From: Perkinsus chesapeaki ATCC PRA-425
Lineage: Eukaryota > Protista > Perkinsozoa
Length of the DNA stretch: 64,000 nt
Direction: 5' to 3'
Assembly (NCBI GenBank): GCA_013115145.1
Contig: JAAPAO010000113.1
Span: 8,810 to 72,809 of the forward strand
Shown: one piece after another, positions 38,861-51,525 of the stretch
How the letters are laid out: each line of letters begins with the position of its first letter
Numbering within the stretch: position 1 is the stretch's first letter
Position numbers and translations under genes: made by a program
The notes under the pieces: model-generated
The model's input: only the letters and a program-made list of their open reading frames with translations
Told to the model about the DNA's origin: nothing
The model's database searches: none

Positions 38861-41848
38861 ATGAACGCGTACCGCTGCTTCTATTTTTACAAATTTTCGA
38901 GGTTGAATAATTATCTTCGCCATTCGCCATTCTACGAACTTTACGGTCAAGTTTTCCGCGTTTCATTTCCCGAGTTGGCCGAGTCTTGTTTTTATTTTAT
39001 CCTTCCTTCAGCGCTGATGATGGTACTCTATGTCACAAACAAACAGGCATTTCGATTGGTCAAAATGGTCTGAAGGACGGCCAACGAGAGTTCAGTATCG
39101 ACCCTGAAGACATCGAGGTAAGGAATCAACCCGAATTCTAATTTTGCATGGAGTGATTTGTCATTGATATTTTGCTTGTTTGGGAGCTAGTTTGGGAGCA
39201 GGCTCGAATCGCAGAGTAAAAGGTTCGGGTAGATTTCTGAGATAAGGTTCTCGACCTCCGTTCAACGGGGAATACTTTTCAACAATTTTGGTTAATTTTC
39301 AAATTTAAAACAGTTTCCTTTCAATTCGCGGTAAAGTAGCGCACTCATTTCCCGTGTCAGTAGTGCCTTGAATTCACTCCCTTCTGACGGCATTCCATGA
39401 ACTCTTTGAGATATCCAACTTCAACTTAATAAGCTCCTGAGGCCTGCAGCATCGCTTCGTTCGTCGCTAAGTCGATAACCATATATCTTGTCGAATTTGA
39501 TCTTCTCTCCCCGCTCAGCGAGTCCTCCTACGGGAGCAATTGAATATTCGATTATAGCCTTTGTTGTTGTTTTTCAGGTGGATGATGATGATTGCATTCT
39601 GGGTCGAGGGGCATGTGGTATAGTCACCAAGGCCGTCCATGCCCGAACAGGTGAGACCAAACTTATTACCTTCGAAAGCTGTATCGAAATGTACAGTTTA
39701 TCATCACCTTGGAGGTTGAGGCCATTCTGCTAGTGCCTTGCGATTCGATTGTTTTAGTATGAACGCCATAGGCTAGGCTTGAACTTTTAATTGGCTCTCG
39801 ACGGTCAACTTATAGGGAAGCTTCGGGGATGGTAAATGGATGAATGTCAAGTGCGACTGTCTTCGCTGTGCTAGAGCACAGTTACAACGCTCGCTCGTAA
39901 GTATGCACCGTACTCCTATTCGATGAGCATGTTTTCTATTCGACGAGTCCCTACTACGCACGATAAGCTATAACCATTTTGCTGTCTCTGGGTTGTGCAT
40001 AGTTGGGAATTCCATCAAGGAAGAAGAATGCGCACTGTGCCCTCCTAGTGTTGATGATGAGCAATTTTCTAGGTACTTGGCTCGCCATTAAAGCAGTGCG
40101 CGTTGAAGATAAGGAGAAGCGAGCTCAGTTAATGACGGACATTCAGGCAGGAATCTTTCGAGTGCGCAAAGATACGCTCGGTATTCAGGCACTTATCATG
40201 GCGCAAAAATGCGAGTTTTTGGTTCAGCTTTATGCAGCGTATGTCCACAAAGCAAGCGGATGCGTAAGCTGATCGATTCGCTTCATCTGCAGGTATCGAA
40301 GTAGGTTCATGTAGCACTGGAATTAATGGACCGAGGGTCGCTGGAGGACTTTACTAAAAAGATTCCTGGAAAAGTGTGGCCAGAGCGAATGCTAGCAATA
40401 GCAATGTGGCAGACGGTGGAGGGTATCAGGTAGATTAAGATATCTAAGTCGCGGTATTTCGACTTAGGCATTTACATTGTCATCATGCTTTACATAGAGA
40501 TATCAAACCTGGTAACATTTTAATCAATAGTCGAGGTCAGGTGAGTTGGATGAAGGAAGACTGCGTCGCGGAAGTTCGGTAAATTTTTAATAAATTTCGA
40601 GGAATGGCGAATTTTCCTGGAAAAAATAATACAATACGAAATGGCTCGTAGATTTTCTAGCGTTCCGATCGACCTGATGTGGTAGAATTTTTCCCAGTTG
40701 GGACTCGGTGATCGGCATACCCGCACAGATATCTTTAGGTCAAACTAACCGACTTTGGAATTGCAAAGAATTTGAATACAACAGTTGGATTATGTAACAC
40801 TTTCGTCGGTATGAATCCGTTGCCCATTTCTCTTCATTAGTGTGTCTGTCAAGGTACGGCCACCTATATGTCGCCTGAGCGTGCAATAGGGCAGGATTAT
40901 ACGTATCCGGCTGATATATGGTGAGGAAAGTATCGAACATGTGTTCGCATGGGGGAAGAGGAAATTCGAAAAAATTTTTTAAAAAAATCTTTCCGGTCGA
41001 TTTGCGCTAAGGAGTGCATCGCTGTTGACATTGAATGGAGTGAGCTGAAGATACAGCTCCCGAGGCGCTCAGTTAATGAAGGGTTATTGTAACTTGCTCA
41101 ACTTGATGCGATGTCGTCTGCCTCGGGGATAAAATGCATTACGCGAACAGCGCTTGTCCGGTCTCTCTAGTGTCTAAGTGTCGCCCTACCTAGCCGAGGG
41201 AGCATGCGCATGTTAGGCTATCGTAAATCCTTCCTCAGGATGTCTAAGCCAGTGAAATTCTTGGAAAAATATGTTTTTTATTTTTTGGCCAGCGAGTCAT
41301 CTTGCCTTACGGAAGTGTGTTCCTGGAGTTCCAATAGTTGTTTTTGGTGGAGAGTTGGCAAAATAAATAATGGGAGGGAAAGACCCACCGGATGGATCCC
41401 TCTCGGGCACAAGGTCCCATGTTATGACTCTGTACTGATTCCGGCAGGTCAGTTGGTATGGTGGTGTACGAGCTGGCTACCGGGCGATATCCATTCAGCT
41501 CTATCAACTCCTTCCCAGCGCTTTTTGATTGGCTATGCAACAAAGACCCGCCGAGTCTTGACTCACATTTGTGATACATCCTCTTTACCATCACCTTCAG
41601 CGCCACTCTCAGGTTTTCCCCCGAACTGTGCGAATTTGTCTCGCAGACTTTGGTGAAGGACCCGGGCTCCCGAGCGAGCGCAGATGATCTACTGAAAGGA
41701 TCCTGGCTGGGCCCAATCGCATCAGTAAGGCAAAACTCAAGAAAGGTCGTCATGCGATTCTCATTAGGGCGATCACGAAGCTGTGAGACGCGAATTGAGC
41801 GAATGGATGGCTTCGATTCTATCAAGTGGGGATACAACACATTTATAG
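38861..41848 (+). CDS. MAP kinase kinase (STE7/MEK family), multi-exon
   Basis: LGRGACGIV; LAIK; VALELMDRGSL; HRDIKPGNIL; VKLTDFG; TFVGTATYMSPER; DIWSVGMVVYELATGRYPF; stop TAG at 41846-41848. The first exon is tentative. Confidence 0.9.
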
Positions 41849-42629
41849 TTGTTCCCGACGACAGGCGCAGCGAATTTTGTGCCAAAGCAGCCCAATTACC
41901 CCTTATTGCGTTTTCTATTATTAATTTAACCGTATTATTGTAAGTCTATATTTTTGAGTGCGCGGTTCCTCTGGCGTGGTTTTGGAGTGCCAACTAAAGT
42001 TGTGTCGCCTTAACACATGGTTTAGTCTTGTGTTTGACGCGGCCTACGAGAGCGGGCTGGGGATCGTGGCTGGAAAGTTGGTAACAGCATCTGCATGGAG
42101 GGTAAATGAATTATAGCTCCCTCGGCCACAGCAGCAATGTGAAGCGCTATATTCGAATTTTATGGACTACTATATAAAAAATAGAAGCATTAAATATTAG
42201 TATTATAAAGGAAATTGTATAGATACGTGAATTGAAGTATGTAGTAATATATTAATAATAGCGCAAATTAGAAATATGAGAGCAGATCGATCCGGAAAAT
42301 CGAATTAGCATGAGAGCATTGCAATGAAGATACATTCAGCAAAGGGAAGGGGATGAGGGGCGTGACGATATGATTTTTCGGCTTCACGTGCCGCCAACAT
42401 GTCCGCAAACACCTTATTTTGAGGAACTTCCTGAGAGTATCTCGGAGACTTAACTCAAGCTCGTCGTAGGAAAAGGTTTGGACTAGGGCGAATGCCTTAA
42501 CTTGCCTAGACACCTCAAAAATCGGGCATATTTTTATTAGGCTTTATTATCATCACGTTATAATTTACTTATTAGGGATTGTAGGCCTGATAGGGTGTTA
42601 TTTGTGGAAGTAGGAAGTGCTGTTTTCGG

Positions 42630-43181
42630 GTGGATGGTGACCTTGCAAAGTTGTTGCCTTCCGTGGGACCCATAATGCTTTCACTGCCTTTGGCATCGCG
42701 GAAGGACTCACTTGATCCGGAATTATGCGACAATCCAATCGAGAGCGACGAGGATACCGGCAAACTAGCTGAATCTGATGAAGAGCGGATACGTGTTGCT
42801 CACAAGAATGCAATTAGGAACAATCGAGCAGTATCATCAGATTGCACCGAGTCAACCGAGGTGCGCCGGCGGTTATCTGATAAATCAGTGTTGTTCCACA
42901 ACTCAACGGGAGTCTCCTTTTACAGTGCGGAAACTCCTGGTAGGACTGTCCTTAGCACGAGCATGCCTACTAAAACGTTCGATGGAAAGTCGGAATCGGT
43001 ACATGTCGAAAGACGACGATGCCTTTCTGAGGACATACAAGAACTGCTGCGTGCGACAAAGAGAATGACGGTACCTCGGAGTCATGATGCTTCGATTCGA
43101 GTATCTCCTAGAGCGAAGATCTACGATCCTGCTATGGCGCTGAGGCATGCGGTAGAGAGGATGAGACGTTATAGCGAGTAA
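42630..43181 (+). CDS. Hypothetical single-exon protein (183 aa; true start may be the later MLSLPLASRK)
   Basis: Long open frame with natural-looking Ser/charged composition; no recognised domain. Confidence 0.55.
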   Translation: MDGDLAKLLPSVGPIMLSLPLASRKDSLDPELCDNPIESDEDTGKLAESDEERIRVAHKNAIRNNRAVSSDCTESTEVRRRLSDKSVLFHNSTGVSFYSAETPGRTVLSTSMPTKTFDGKSESVHVERRRCLSEDIQELLRATKRMTVPRSHDASIRVSPRAKIYDPAMALRHAVERMRRYSE

Positions 43182-43803
43182 AAGATTTGTAAGTTCTGCG
43201 ATATACACATTGTTGATTCGATCTTGTACACTTTACTATTTCATAAACTAGTCGGCTCGCATAATTCGTATCCTTGTTAGCCGCAATCTGATGATAAATA
43301 TGAATAAGGCATAATGTTAGAAGTTCCTTAGAATAATTGTCCAGTCGAAGTGCAGCACTGTGTCGAGTTGACATCTTCGTTTTGGCAAACTTAAGTCACT
43401 TAGCGCAAGGGGATTAGGTTCGGCCCGCATATGGGCTTAGTTTGATAGTAATGAAGAATCGGGAGATATTAACTGTACGGGACGACTTTCAGTAGTAACT
43501 GAAAACCCGTAGAGGATCTAGGCTTAGGGGTTGTTCTAGATGATGGTGTGGCGTCGTTAGACGGATGAGGTGTAGAGGGAGTTGAGTCACTTATCGAATC
43601 ATGAGGGATCGCGGCCAAAACCGAGATAGCTCTACATCGCATTTAGTTCAGAACTCGTGAACAAGAACTCTAGAGCAGGTATGACAGTTTCAGGCCTTGT
43701 CCTCCCCGGACGGCACACAAGTATTTTAGGGCGCAGCGCTATCATTGATTAGCGGAGCGAAGCGTTTCATGAATATCGTTTTTGTGATTTAGCTGGTTAC
43801 TTG

Positions 43804-46800
43804 ATGAGTGTCGACTCTTCCTCCTCCTCTGCTGGTACTACCTTTGCTTTATGGAACTTGATTATACGGCCACCAAGGCGAGAATATGATGTCGATTCTT
43901 TGGGACCGAAAAGATTCAAACTGCATGGTAAGTAAAGAAACAGCTAGAATCTATGTGGACGGGAATGGAGTGATGGAAAACTGTTCAGATGATATGACAT
44001 GCCGAATTTAATTGGTTGATCTTGTATGATCAATGTTAATAGTATAGCGGCTTCTGAGCAACTGGTGTTCTTTGGAATCCTTTTATTAGGGGATCTTGAG
44101 ATAATGAAATGATCGGAAATTGAGAAGTGACTCTTATTAATTTACTGCAAGGCTGGCCCTGCATTGGCAGTATAAATATAAAATACAAATTTCACCCATT
44201 ATTAAGTATTATACTTATTATATTCCTGATCGTAATACTGTTATGTCGCTATTCGACAAATACGTCACTTTCTGTTGGTCGACATTTTTGCATGTACTCT
44301 TATGAGCTTTTATTTTACTCCTACTAGACTGGTCAAGTCCGCCAAACGATATGCTAATAAAATAATATATTTAGATGACGATGGCTCCTCCTTCTCAGGC
44401 GTTACCTGTCAACGAGATGATTTCACCGTGGAATCCGCTCGAGATCATCGTCTTTGTTGCTCCTTATTTGTCCCTCGAGGGTTGAGGGATGATAACGTCT
44501 CCTATCCCTGCGTGGTTTATATGCACGGAAATGCAGGCTGTCGATTGGAGGCGCTGCCGTTGGTAGGATTTGAACCGGGGGCCTTCTGATTGGAAGGCAG
44601 GTCCCTCTCCTCCTTCCGCTGGGGATCGCGCTATGTTGCTTTGACTTTGCTGGTTGTGGTCTATCGGATGGGGAATACGTATCGTTGGGGTATTATGAAT
44701 GTGAAGATCTTCACAGCGTGGTGGAGCATTTGAGGAAGCTGCCGAGTGTTGGCGTTATTGCACTTTGGGGAAGGTAATGATGAGGGGATAGGAGTAAAGG
44801 GAAATGGAATGAATAGAATAGCTTATTATTATTGAGTATTAGCCCTGTAATAATCTAATACTTATCTCACTGAACAAGCTATCATATAAGCTTAGTCCTT
44901 CACCGTTTTTGATCTGGAAGTGCTTACATTGTTATGACCAAAGCTATGTCTAGGCGACCGTCATGCTACTGTATAATACCGGGGTCCTTATTTGGCAGCT
45001 TTGTCCGAAGGTTTAATGAACGCGATCAATCTCCGGCAATCGGCTTGGTTGGTGATGATACAGTACCATACAATATCACTCCCTGGTCGGGTGGTGGAAG
45101 ATGCACTAAAACCCGTATTCTTAAGCTTCATTAGAAATATTGCTGTGTTGTCTGCATACGGAAGTTTCGGAATGGGAATAGCAGATCAACAAGACAGCAA
45201 TGGCCATATCGATTCTCAGATCAATGGGAGCGGTGACGGCGTTGCTGTACGCATCTACTCATCATGACCTTGCTGGCGTCGTCGTCGACTCCCCATTTTC
45301 TAATTTGGTGAAGTTAATACAGGAATTGGCAGTATCGGAATATGTTGGCTTGAAGGTAGCATTATCCTCAATACGGGCAGGTGTTCATTTGGTTCCGTCC
45401 TACTTGAATTGATGGCACACAGAGGACGCTTATGAAATATTTTATAGAAAAGGATTGAGCCTCGAATAGAAAACCCGAAACCCGAAAACCCGAATGTAGA
45501 ACATCTTGCTAGTTTGAAAAGCGTTACACTTCGAGGCTTCTCCAACGCTTCCGACGGCAATGCACTCGCGTGACTTATTATATATCTCCGATAGACGAAA
45601 GTGAACACGACAAACCCCTCCCCTGCTCGAGGGCCGTGTGTTTAGGTGCCAAGTTGGTTGCTTAACGGTATGTTATCAGTAGTGTCGATGATTGTGAAGC
45701 AAAAGGCGGATTTCGATGTCTATGATGTGTCACCAATCGACTGTGTGAAGGAGGTGAATGATGATGGTGGTGGGTTGATATGGTTCTACTGGCTACGGGA
45801 TTGGATTTGATGGCATTTCGAATGGGTAAAGTTATCTGAATAGCTGTTGTCGCGGATTAATTGACCTTTTATAATGAAATAGTATTCTTAACAATTGATA
45901 AGCACCAAATAATGGATATTACTAAATTATTTGACTATATCAAACTGCATTTACTGCATCAGTTCGTCCGCTCTATCAGGCTCATCTTCCATGCATATTT
46001 CTATGCGCATCGTCGGATACATTTGTACCACCACATCACTCGAGAGAGCTCTATGATGGCTATGGTGGAGAGGATAAAGTGATGATACAACTCGTGGGAG
46101 ATCATAACACACCGAGGAGATTGGAGGATATGAAGCATGCTGCGACGTATCTTTGCACGTGCGAAAGATTCATAATAGGTCGACTTGATGACCATTGATC
46201 GATTTAGGTGTTTTCTTACTGGTGTGTCATTTCGTGATTGTGCAGAGACGTTGGGATGGAGTGAAGAAGCGGGGTTGGCGTCGAATACGTGGATGGCTCT
46301 GGAGCAGCAGCAGCCGATAGACGAACCATTTGCATCTGCCTGTGAAGCTTGTAAGGCCCTCTGCGAGTAAGGGATCGGTTTCTGATGAATTTCAATTTGA
46401 ATCTGAAATCTCCAGGTGGGAAGACTGCAGGGTGCAAAGATGTCGATTAATGCAACGAGATGACGGTTCGATTCCGTCGACCATATACGCATCATTGCAA
46501 CTACCTTCGAAGAGAGGGGGTGGAGGACTTTGTGTGGTGAGACACAAAATGGCAAATAATAATCGCTTCGCTCCGCTAGACTGAATTTCATTGACTACTT
46601 TGCTCCGCTTGATTTTTGTTAGGTTTTGAGAGGGAAGTCTGGAGGAATGAAGACTTTGTTTTGTCTGATTATTCCTCATCACGAGCGGAGCGATGCAGGC
46701 TTCGACGATTGTCAACAGCTTTATCTTTTAGAGAAAGATACCAATTCCGTAGGCATTCGTGAAATAGCGCACGCTGAGTTGCGCACTGTGAAGATTCCTG

Positions 46801-47411
46801 AAGATTCTTCCACCGAGGTGGGGCATGTTCAACTGGAAGTGTATTGATGAGCATTTCAGTTGGGATACAGTGGATGCCCTCAACCACTGTTGGTTTGTCT
46901 AGCATGGTCCCCTCTACCAGAGGGCTGTTGCACTTTGAGCCTCCTGATTGATGGCTCACCACTGGTCTCTTGTGAGAGAGCAGATGACATTCAAGCAACC
47001 CGAGCGACGTGCTGGTCATTTGTGGTGAGTTGCGCATGCGTGCAAATATGAAATCGGTCAAGTTTGTAGGTTAATGAGTGTATAGACGATTTGTGTCGAT
47101 GTTGTGTCTGTCTTGATATGGCCTTCAGACCATATGAAGAGGGGGAGCGATGGCAAGACGACGACGATACTGGTGCAGGAGGGCAAGCGAATTCGATAAG
47201 AGATAGCGAACAGCTCATTGGTGACGAGCTGCTTCTTTGTGAAATTGCGAGCGAAGCGAGGGCGGAGCGAAGCAGGAAGTTCATTACCGTTGCTGAGACC
47301 CCGTCGACCAGCGGTTCGCGAAGTGGCGTATCGTTCGAGGAGGAGGACTTCCCTGAGATTGAATCAGTCGATATGCGAATGAATACGAATCAGTGTTGTA
47401 TCGTCATGTGA
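43804..47411 (+). CDS. Alpha/beta hydrolase (IIRPPR / YqkD-ABHD-like) with C-terminal extension ending in CaaX (CCIVM), multi-exon
   Basis: LWNLIIRPPRREY; CVVYMHGNAGCRLEA; FDFAGCGLSDGEYVSLG; ALWGRSMGAVTAL (nucleophile); VVDSPFS; DTFVPPHHS; GDHN. Linking the 46200-47411 exons to this gene is inferred. Confidence 0.82.
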
Positions 47412-48189
47412 ATGTTTTGTATCCCCATTAGCATTTAGTCGTTGACTTCGTTGTTGTGTGTATTCCATCGGCATGAATCTGGTGAGTGTTTCGACCCCGA
47501 ATTCGGTGATGAGTTTTCGGAGAGGGTTTTCCAGTTGAGCTATAGGAAAACGCTTATTTCGGCGGGTGGGGAGAGCGACAGTTATATAGACGAAATAATA
47601 ATGAATCTTCAATAAGTATTGTGTACGGTGCAGTTGTGAAAGCGTATGCATTTCCAGTGGTATAAATCGATATGAGGTAATGAGGCCTCTGAGCCTCTAT
47701 CGTTCGTATTTCCCCAATGCGAGGAGTTTAACGAAAATAATTTTGAAAGTTTGGATAATATTAAATTACTATTTATAATATATTTTCTGAGATTTCGTTG
47801 CGTGTGCTGGGGAAGAGTAAAAGAGACTAACAACTGTTGTGTCATAGGAAATAAGTCCGAAGATGCCTAGTTGAAAGAGTCTATACTAGAGATGACATAC
47901 TAGTTATTTTTCGAGCATAGTTTAACAGACTCTAGCAACGCCGCGGTTTGAAGCCCTGAAAACTCGTCACCAAGTTCCCACAGGAAGACACTGTTTGATT
48001 CTCCAGGATGTGAAAATCGCTATTTAGACATCTAAAATAGGAAAGATATTTCAGCAATGCTATAGGTTCATCGCTTATTTCCAGGGGAACTTTGCATACA
48101 TAACGGCGCGCTCATTTTGTTTAGCATTGAGTTCTTATTCAGTTGTTGTTGTTCACTACCCTGTTTTTCTTCTTCCTCTACTACTGGCT

Positions 48190-49188
48190 ATGAATATTCT
48201 GGGCTACTCGTTAAGCGAAGTTGCGATTATCTTCGCTAATTTCACATGCAATGTTGCATTGGTAAACTCAGTGAAGTATATCCAATATACATTACATTAT
48301 CCATATCCACTTCTAATAAGTGCAATGCATATGATATTTTCATGGCTAGCATGTGGTATATATGTTAAATTTAATGTACCTGCATTAAGAGAATATACAT
48401 TTGTACGTTATATGAAAGAAGTATTTCCAGTAGCTGGTATGGCTAGTTTAAGTATTGGTTGCGGTAATATGGCACTTAAATATATATTCCCATCATTTCA
48501 TGAATTATTACAACAAACAAGTCCAGCAGCACAAGTATTGGTATGCGTACTTATTTATCATCAAAAATATAATCTACCAACATATCTATCAATGATACCT
48601 ATCTGTGGTGGTGCTATTATGTGTTCTGGTGGCGAGGTTAACTTTAATGCCATTGGTGTATTCTTCTCTATCTCCACTGTCATTACCAGAGCCCTCAAGA
48701 ACACTATGCAATCTCGATTAATGACTACCTCATTTACCAGCATCGAACTACTTTACGTGCTTGCTCCTGCAAACCTGTTCTTCTTCCTCACCGGCTCATT
48801 TATCTTTGAGGGCGTCTTTGAGCCTGTCAGACAGCTCATCTCCACACCACACGCTCTGGTGGCAGTGCTAATATCTGCGCTCCTTGCGTGCACTTACAAT
48901 CTGTTGGCCTTCAAGATGTTGCAAGTTCTGTCACCAGTAGGCGCTATGGTTGTACACACCCTCAAGACGCCAGCAACTTTGGTGGTCTCCACTCTTTTAT
49001 TTGGTAATAAAATCGGTTTCTTGCAGGTGGTCGGTTTTGTTATCATCACTGTTGGTGTTTATTACTACAAGAATTACGGTAAAGAGATCAAGCCCGATGA
49101 TTACCAAAAAATCAACTACAAGACCGGAGGCGATCCTGACGAGTTCGACCTTGAAATGGCGGACCGTAGGGAGTCTCCTCGGAACTAA
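48190..49188 (+). CDS. Triose-phosphate / nucleotide-sugar transporter (TPT, SLC35-like, DMT superfamily), copy 1, intronless
   Basis: About 10 hydrophobic segments; YPYPLLISAMHM; GCGNMALKYI; YNLLAFKML..LSPVGAMVVHTLK; LLFGN. Confidence 0.9.
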   Translation: MNILGYSLSEVAIIFANFTCNVALVNSVKYIQYTLHYPYPLLISAMHMIFSWLACGIYVKFNVPALREYTFVRYMKEVFPVAGMASLSIGCGNMALKYIFPSFHELLQQTSPAAQVLVCVLIYHQKYNLPTYLSMIPICGGAIMCSGGEVNFNAIGVFFSISTVITRALKNTMQSRLMTTSFTSIELLYVLAPANLFFFLTGSFIFEGVFEPVRQLISTPHALVAVLISALLACTYNLLAFKMLQVLSPVGAMVVHTLKTPATLVVSTLLFGNKIGFLQVVGFVIITVGVYYYKNYGKEIKPDDYQKINYKTGGDPDEFDLEMADRRESPRN

Positions 49189-50473
49189 AGCGCCACTGCA
49201 ATCATCCGTTCTCGTTTGCTGCCGCTCTGTAAATAGTCTATTCTACCGTAATGCAACGTTGCCCTGCTGTAGCTCCGGCAACGAAGCATGTGATGGTTAC
49301 GATTGTTGTCGCAAAGGTTGTTGCGCACACGTGCAAGTTTAGAATAAGATTTGTAGCTTATATCCTTTGGAAAGTATCGGTATGCTGTCGTTGTTGGTAC
49401 CAATAATATTTCTCTACTATAATGATATGATTTTTGTTATCATCGGCATCAGTATCGGTGAAAGTCACCAGCGAGGGCGCAACAAGAGGCTAGCTTCGGT
49501 AGCGGGGTGCTTATTCGGGTACCGTTCATCGGAGGGGGACAGAGTTTGTGTCGGTTTTATCATGAAGAGGTGTGATGGGAAGTACGGATAGCACAAATGA
49601 GTTGGAGTGGTCCGAAAAATTGTTAAAAGAATGCAATTCTCGGCTCCTGAGCAAAGTGCGCAAACTGCTACTTGGTCGTTGCTCGAGCACCGTATTTAAT
49701 TCCAGTGCAAAAAAGGAAATGACCTCTACTGCGTGTGGAGCGCTGTGGTTTTGTGGAGCATGTTCCGAGGCTCCGGTTGCGGCTAGACGGATGGTGTTGA
49801 AGGTAGACCTCCGAGACTAGGGGCTCTGGGAGAACATTGAAAACGCACTAATTTTCAAAGCTTGACGTTGCGCGACAGGTGGTAGTGGATTTGTCCAAGT
49901 TAGGTGGATGAGCTTGTCGTGGGGCTAACTGATTATACTCGAAATGCATGCGACGTTCGATGGTGTGTTGTCAGTTTTAATATTATTATTATGGTGGTCC
50001 TTGGTTACACTGTTGCCGAGCTTGGAATCATTCTAGCATGCTTCACATGTAACTTATCATTGGTAAACTCAGTGAAGTATATCCAATATACATTACATTA
50101 TCCATATCCACTTCTAATAAGTGCAATGCATATGATATTTTCATGGCTAGCATGTGGTATATATGTTAAATTTAATGTACCTGCATTAAGAGAATATACA
50201 TTTGTACGTTATATGAAAGAAGTATTTCCAGTAGCTGGTATGGCTAGTTTAAGTATTGGTTGCGGTAATATGGCACTTAAATATATATTCCCATCATTTC
50301 ATGAATTATTACAACAAACAAGTCCAGCAGCACAAGTATTGGTATGCGTACTTATTTATCATCAAAAATATAATCTACCAACATATCTATCAATGATACC
50401 TATCTGTGGTGGTGCTATTATGTGTTCTGGTGGCGAGGTTAACTTTAATGCCATTGGTGTATTCTTCTCTATC
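48257..50473 (+). repeat. Identical 416-nt block shared by the two transporter genes (48257-48672 = 50058-50473)
   Basis: By-eye comparison shows no mismatch; constant offset of 1801; flanks diverge on both sides. Confidence 0.9.
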
Positions 50474-51022
50474 GGTGCGGTTATTACACGCGCTTTGAAG
50501 AACACTATGCAAGCCCACCTTATGACGGTATCTTTCTCCACCATAGAGCTCCTCTTCGTCCTTGCTCCAGCAAATCTTTTCTTCTTCATGGCCGCCTCGA
50601 TAATATCTGAGGGCCCAATCGAGCCGATAGGGAATCTCTTGAAGTCGCCCGGTGCATTTATCGCTGTTATCGCCTCGTCAGTGCTGGCCTGTTCGTATAA
50701 CTTATTGGCATTCAAAATGCTGCAGGTCTTATCGCCTGTCGGGGCGATGGTTGTTCACACGTTAAAGACACCGGCAATGCTGCTCATATCCTTCATGCTA
50801 TTTGGTAACCAAATTGGTATTATGCAAATTATAGGGTTTATTGTTATTACTGTTGGCGTTCATTATTATAAGAAGTATGGGAAGGAAATTAAAGATGATG
50901 ATTATGTTGTCGTCGGCAGCAGCAGTCCGAAGGGCAAGAGGGAGCTCGATGAGTTCGACCTGGAAGGCAATCACGATGCGGAAGTTAAATCTGTTTCCAG
51001 CGACCTAGACGACAGTATCTGA
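49991..51022 (+). CDS. TPT/SLC35-like transporter, copy 2, intronless
   Basis: Tandem paralog of 48190-49188 with the same motifs. Confidence 0.9.
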   Translation: MVVLGYTVAELGIILACFTCNLSLVNSVKYIQYTLHYPYPLLISAMHMIFSWLACGIYVKFNVPALREYTFVRYMKEVFPVAGMASLSIGCGNMALKYIFPSFHELLQQTSPAAQVLVCVLIYHQKYNLPTYLSMIPICGGAIMCSGGEVNFNAIGVFFSIGAVITRALKNTMQAHLMTVSFSTIELLFVLAPANLFFFMAASIISEGPIEPIGNLLKSPGAFIAVIASSVLACSYNLLAFKMLQVLSPVGAMVVHTLKTPAMLLISFMLFGNQIGIMQIIGFIVITVGVHYYKKYGKEIKDDDYVVVGSSSPKGKRELDEFDLEGNHDAEVKSVSSDLDDSI

Positions 51023-51525
51023 GAGCAAGGTTCTTTCGACTCGTATTATTTCTACAACTGACGATGTAAACTGCCCAGTTGATGTTAGCGGCAGCCATTA
51101 GCTTATCTGCAGTAGGATATGATAGTCTTGGGTTTATAAGTTGCTGAATGAAAGTGACCTCAAAACGATTAGCAGCGGGTTTCGGTTACATCTGAGCTGG
51201 CGACTGAATTCGTGCAGGGAGGAGGACGAAGTAGTTCACGGCATTGATTTGACACCAGTTGCTTTGGCACAGTTGAGATGCGTAACTGTGAACTGGGGAA
51301 AACCATTGTATGTAGAGTTGGTAAATCAAGTTGTGTGCGGAGGTTGACCATTCTGAGCTGGAACGTGGAATTTATCTCCATTGTATAAGTCCGAATGAGT
51401 TGGTAAAAACTGCGCCTTTGTCCATTGTGGAAGGTCGGTGATGTCCGATTGCTAATATGATTAAAGCAAACTGCTCGGTGTGCAAGTGTCAAGGCTGCTT
51501 TTAGACTACTTGAACCATCTATTTG

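Noticed and set aside
45468-45496. gaaaacccgaaacccgaaaacccga as an interstitial telomere
   Set aside because: Only about 3 imperfect units; consistent with a chance microsatellite.
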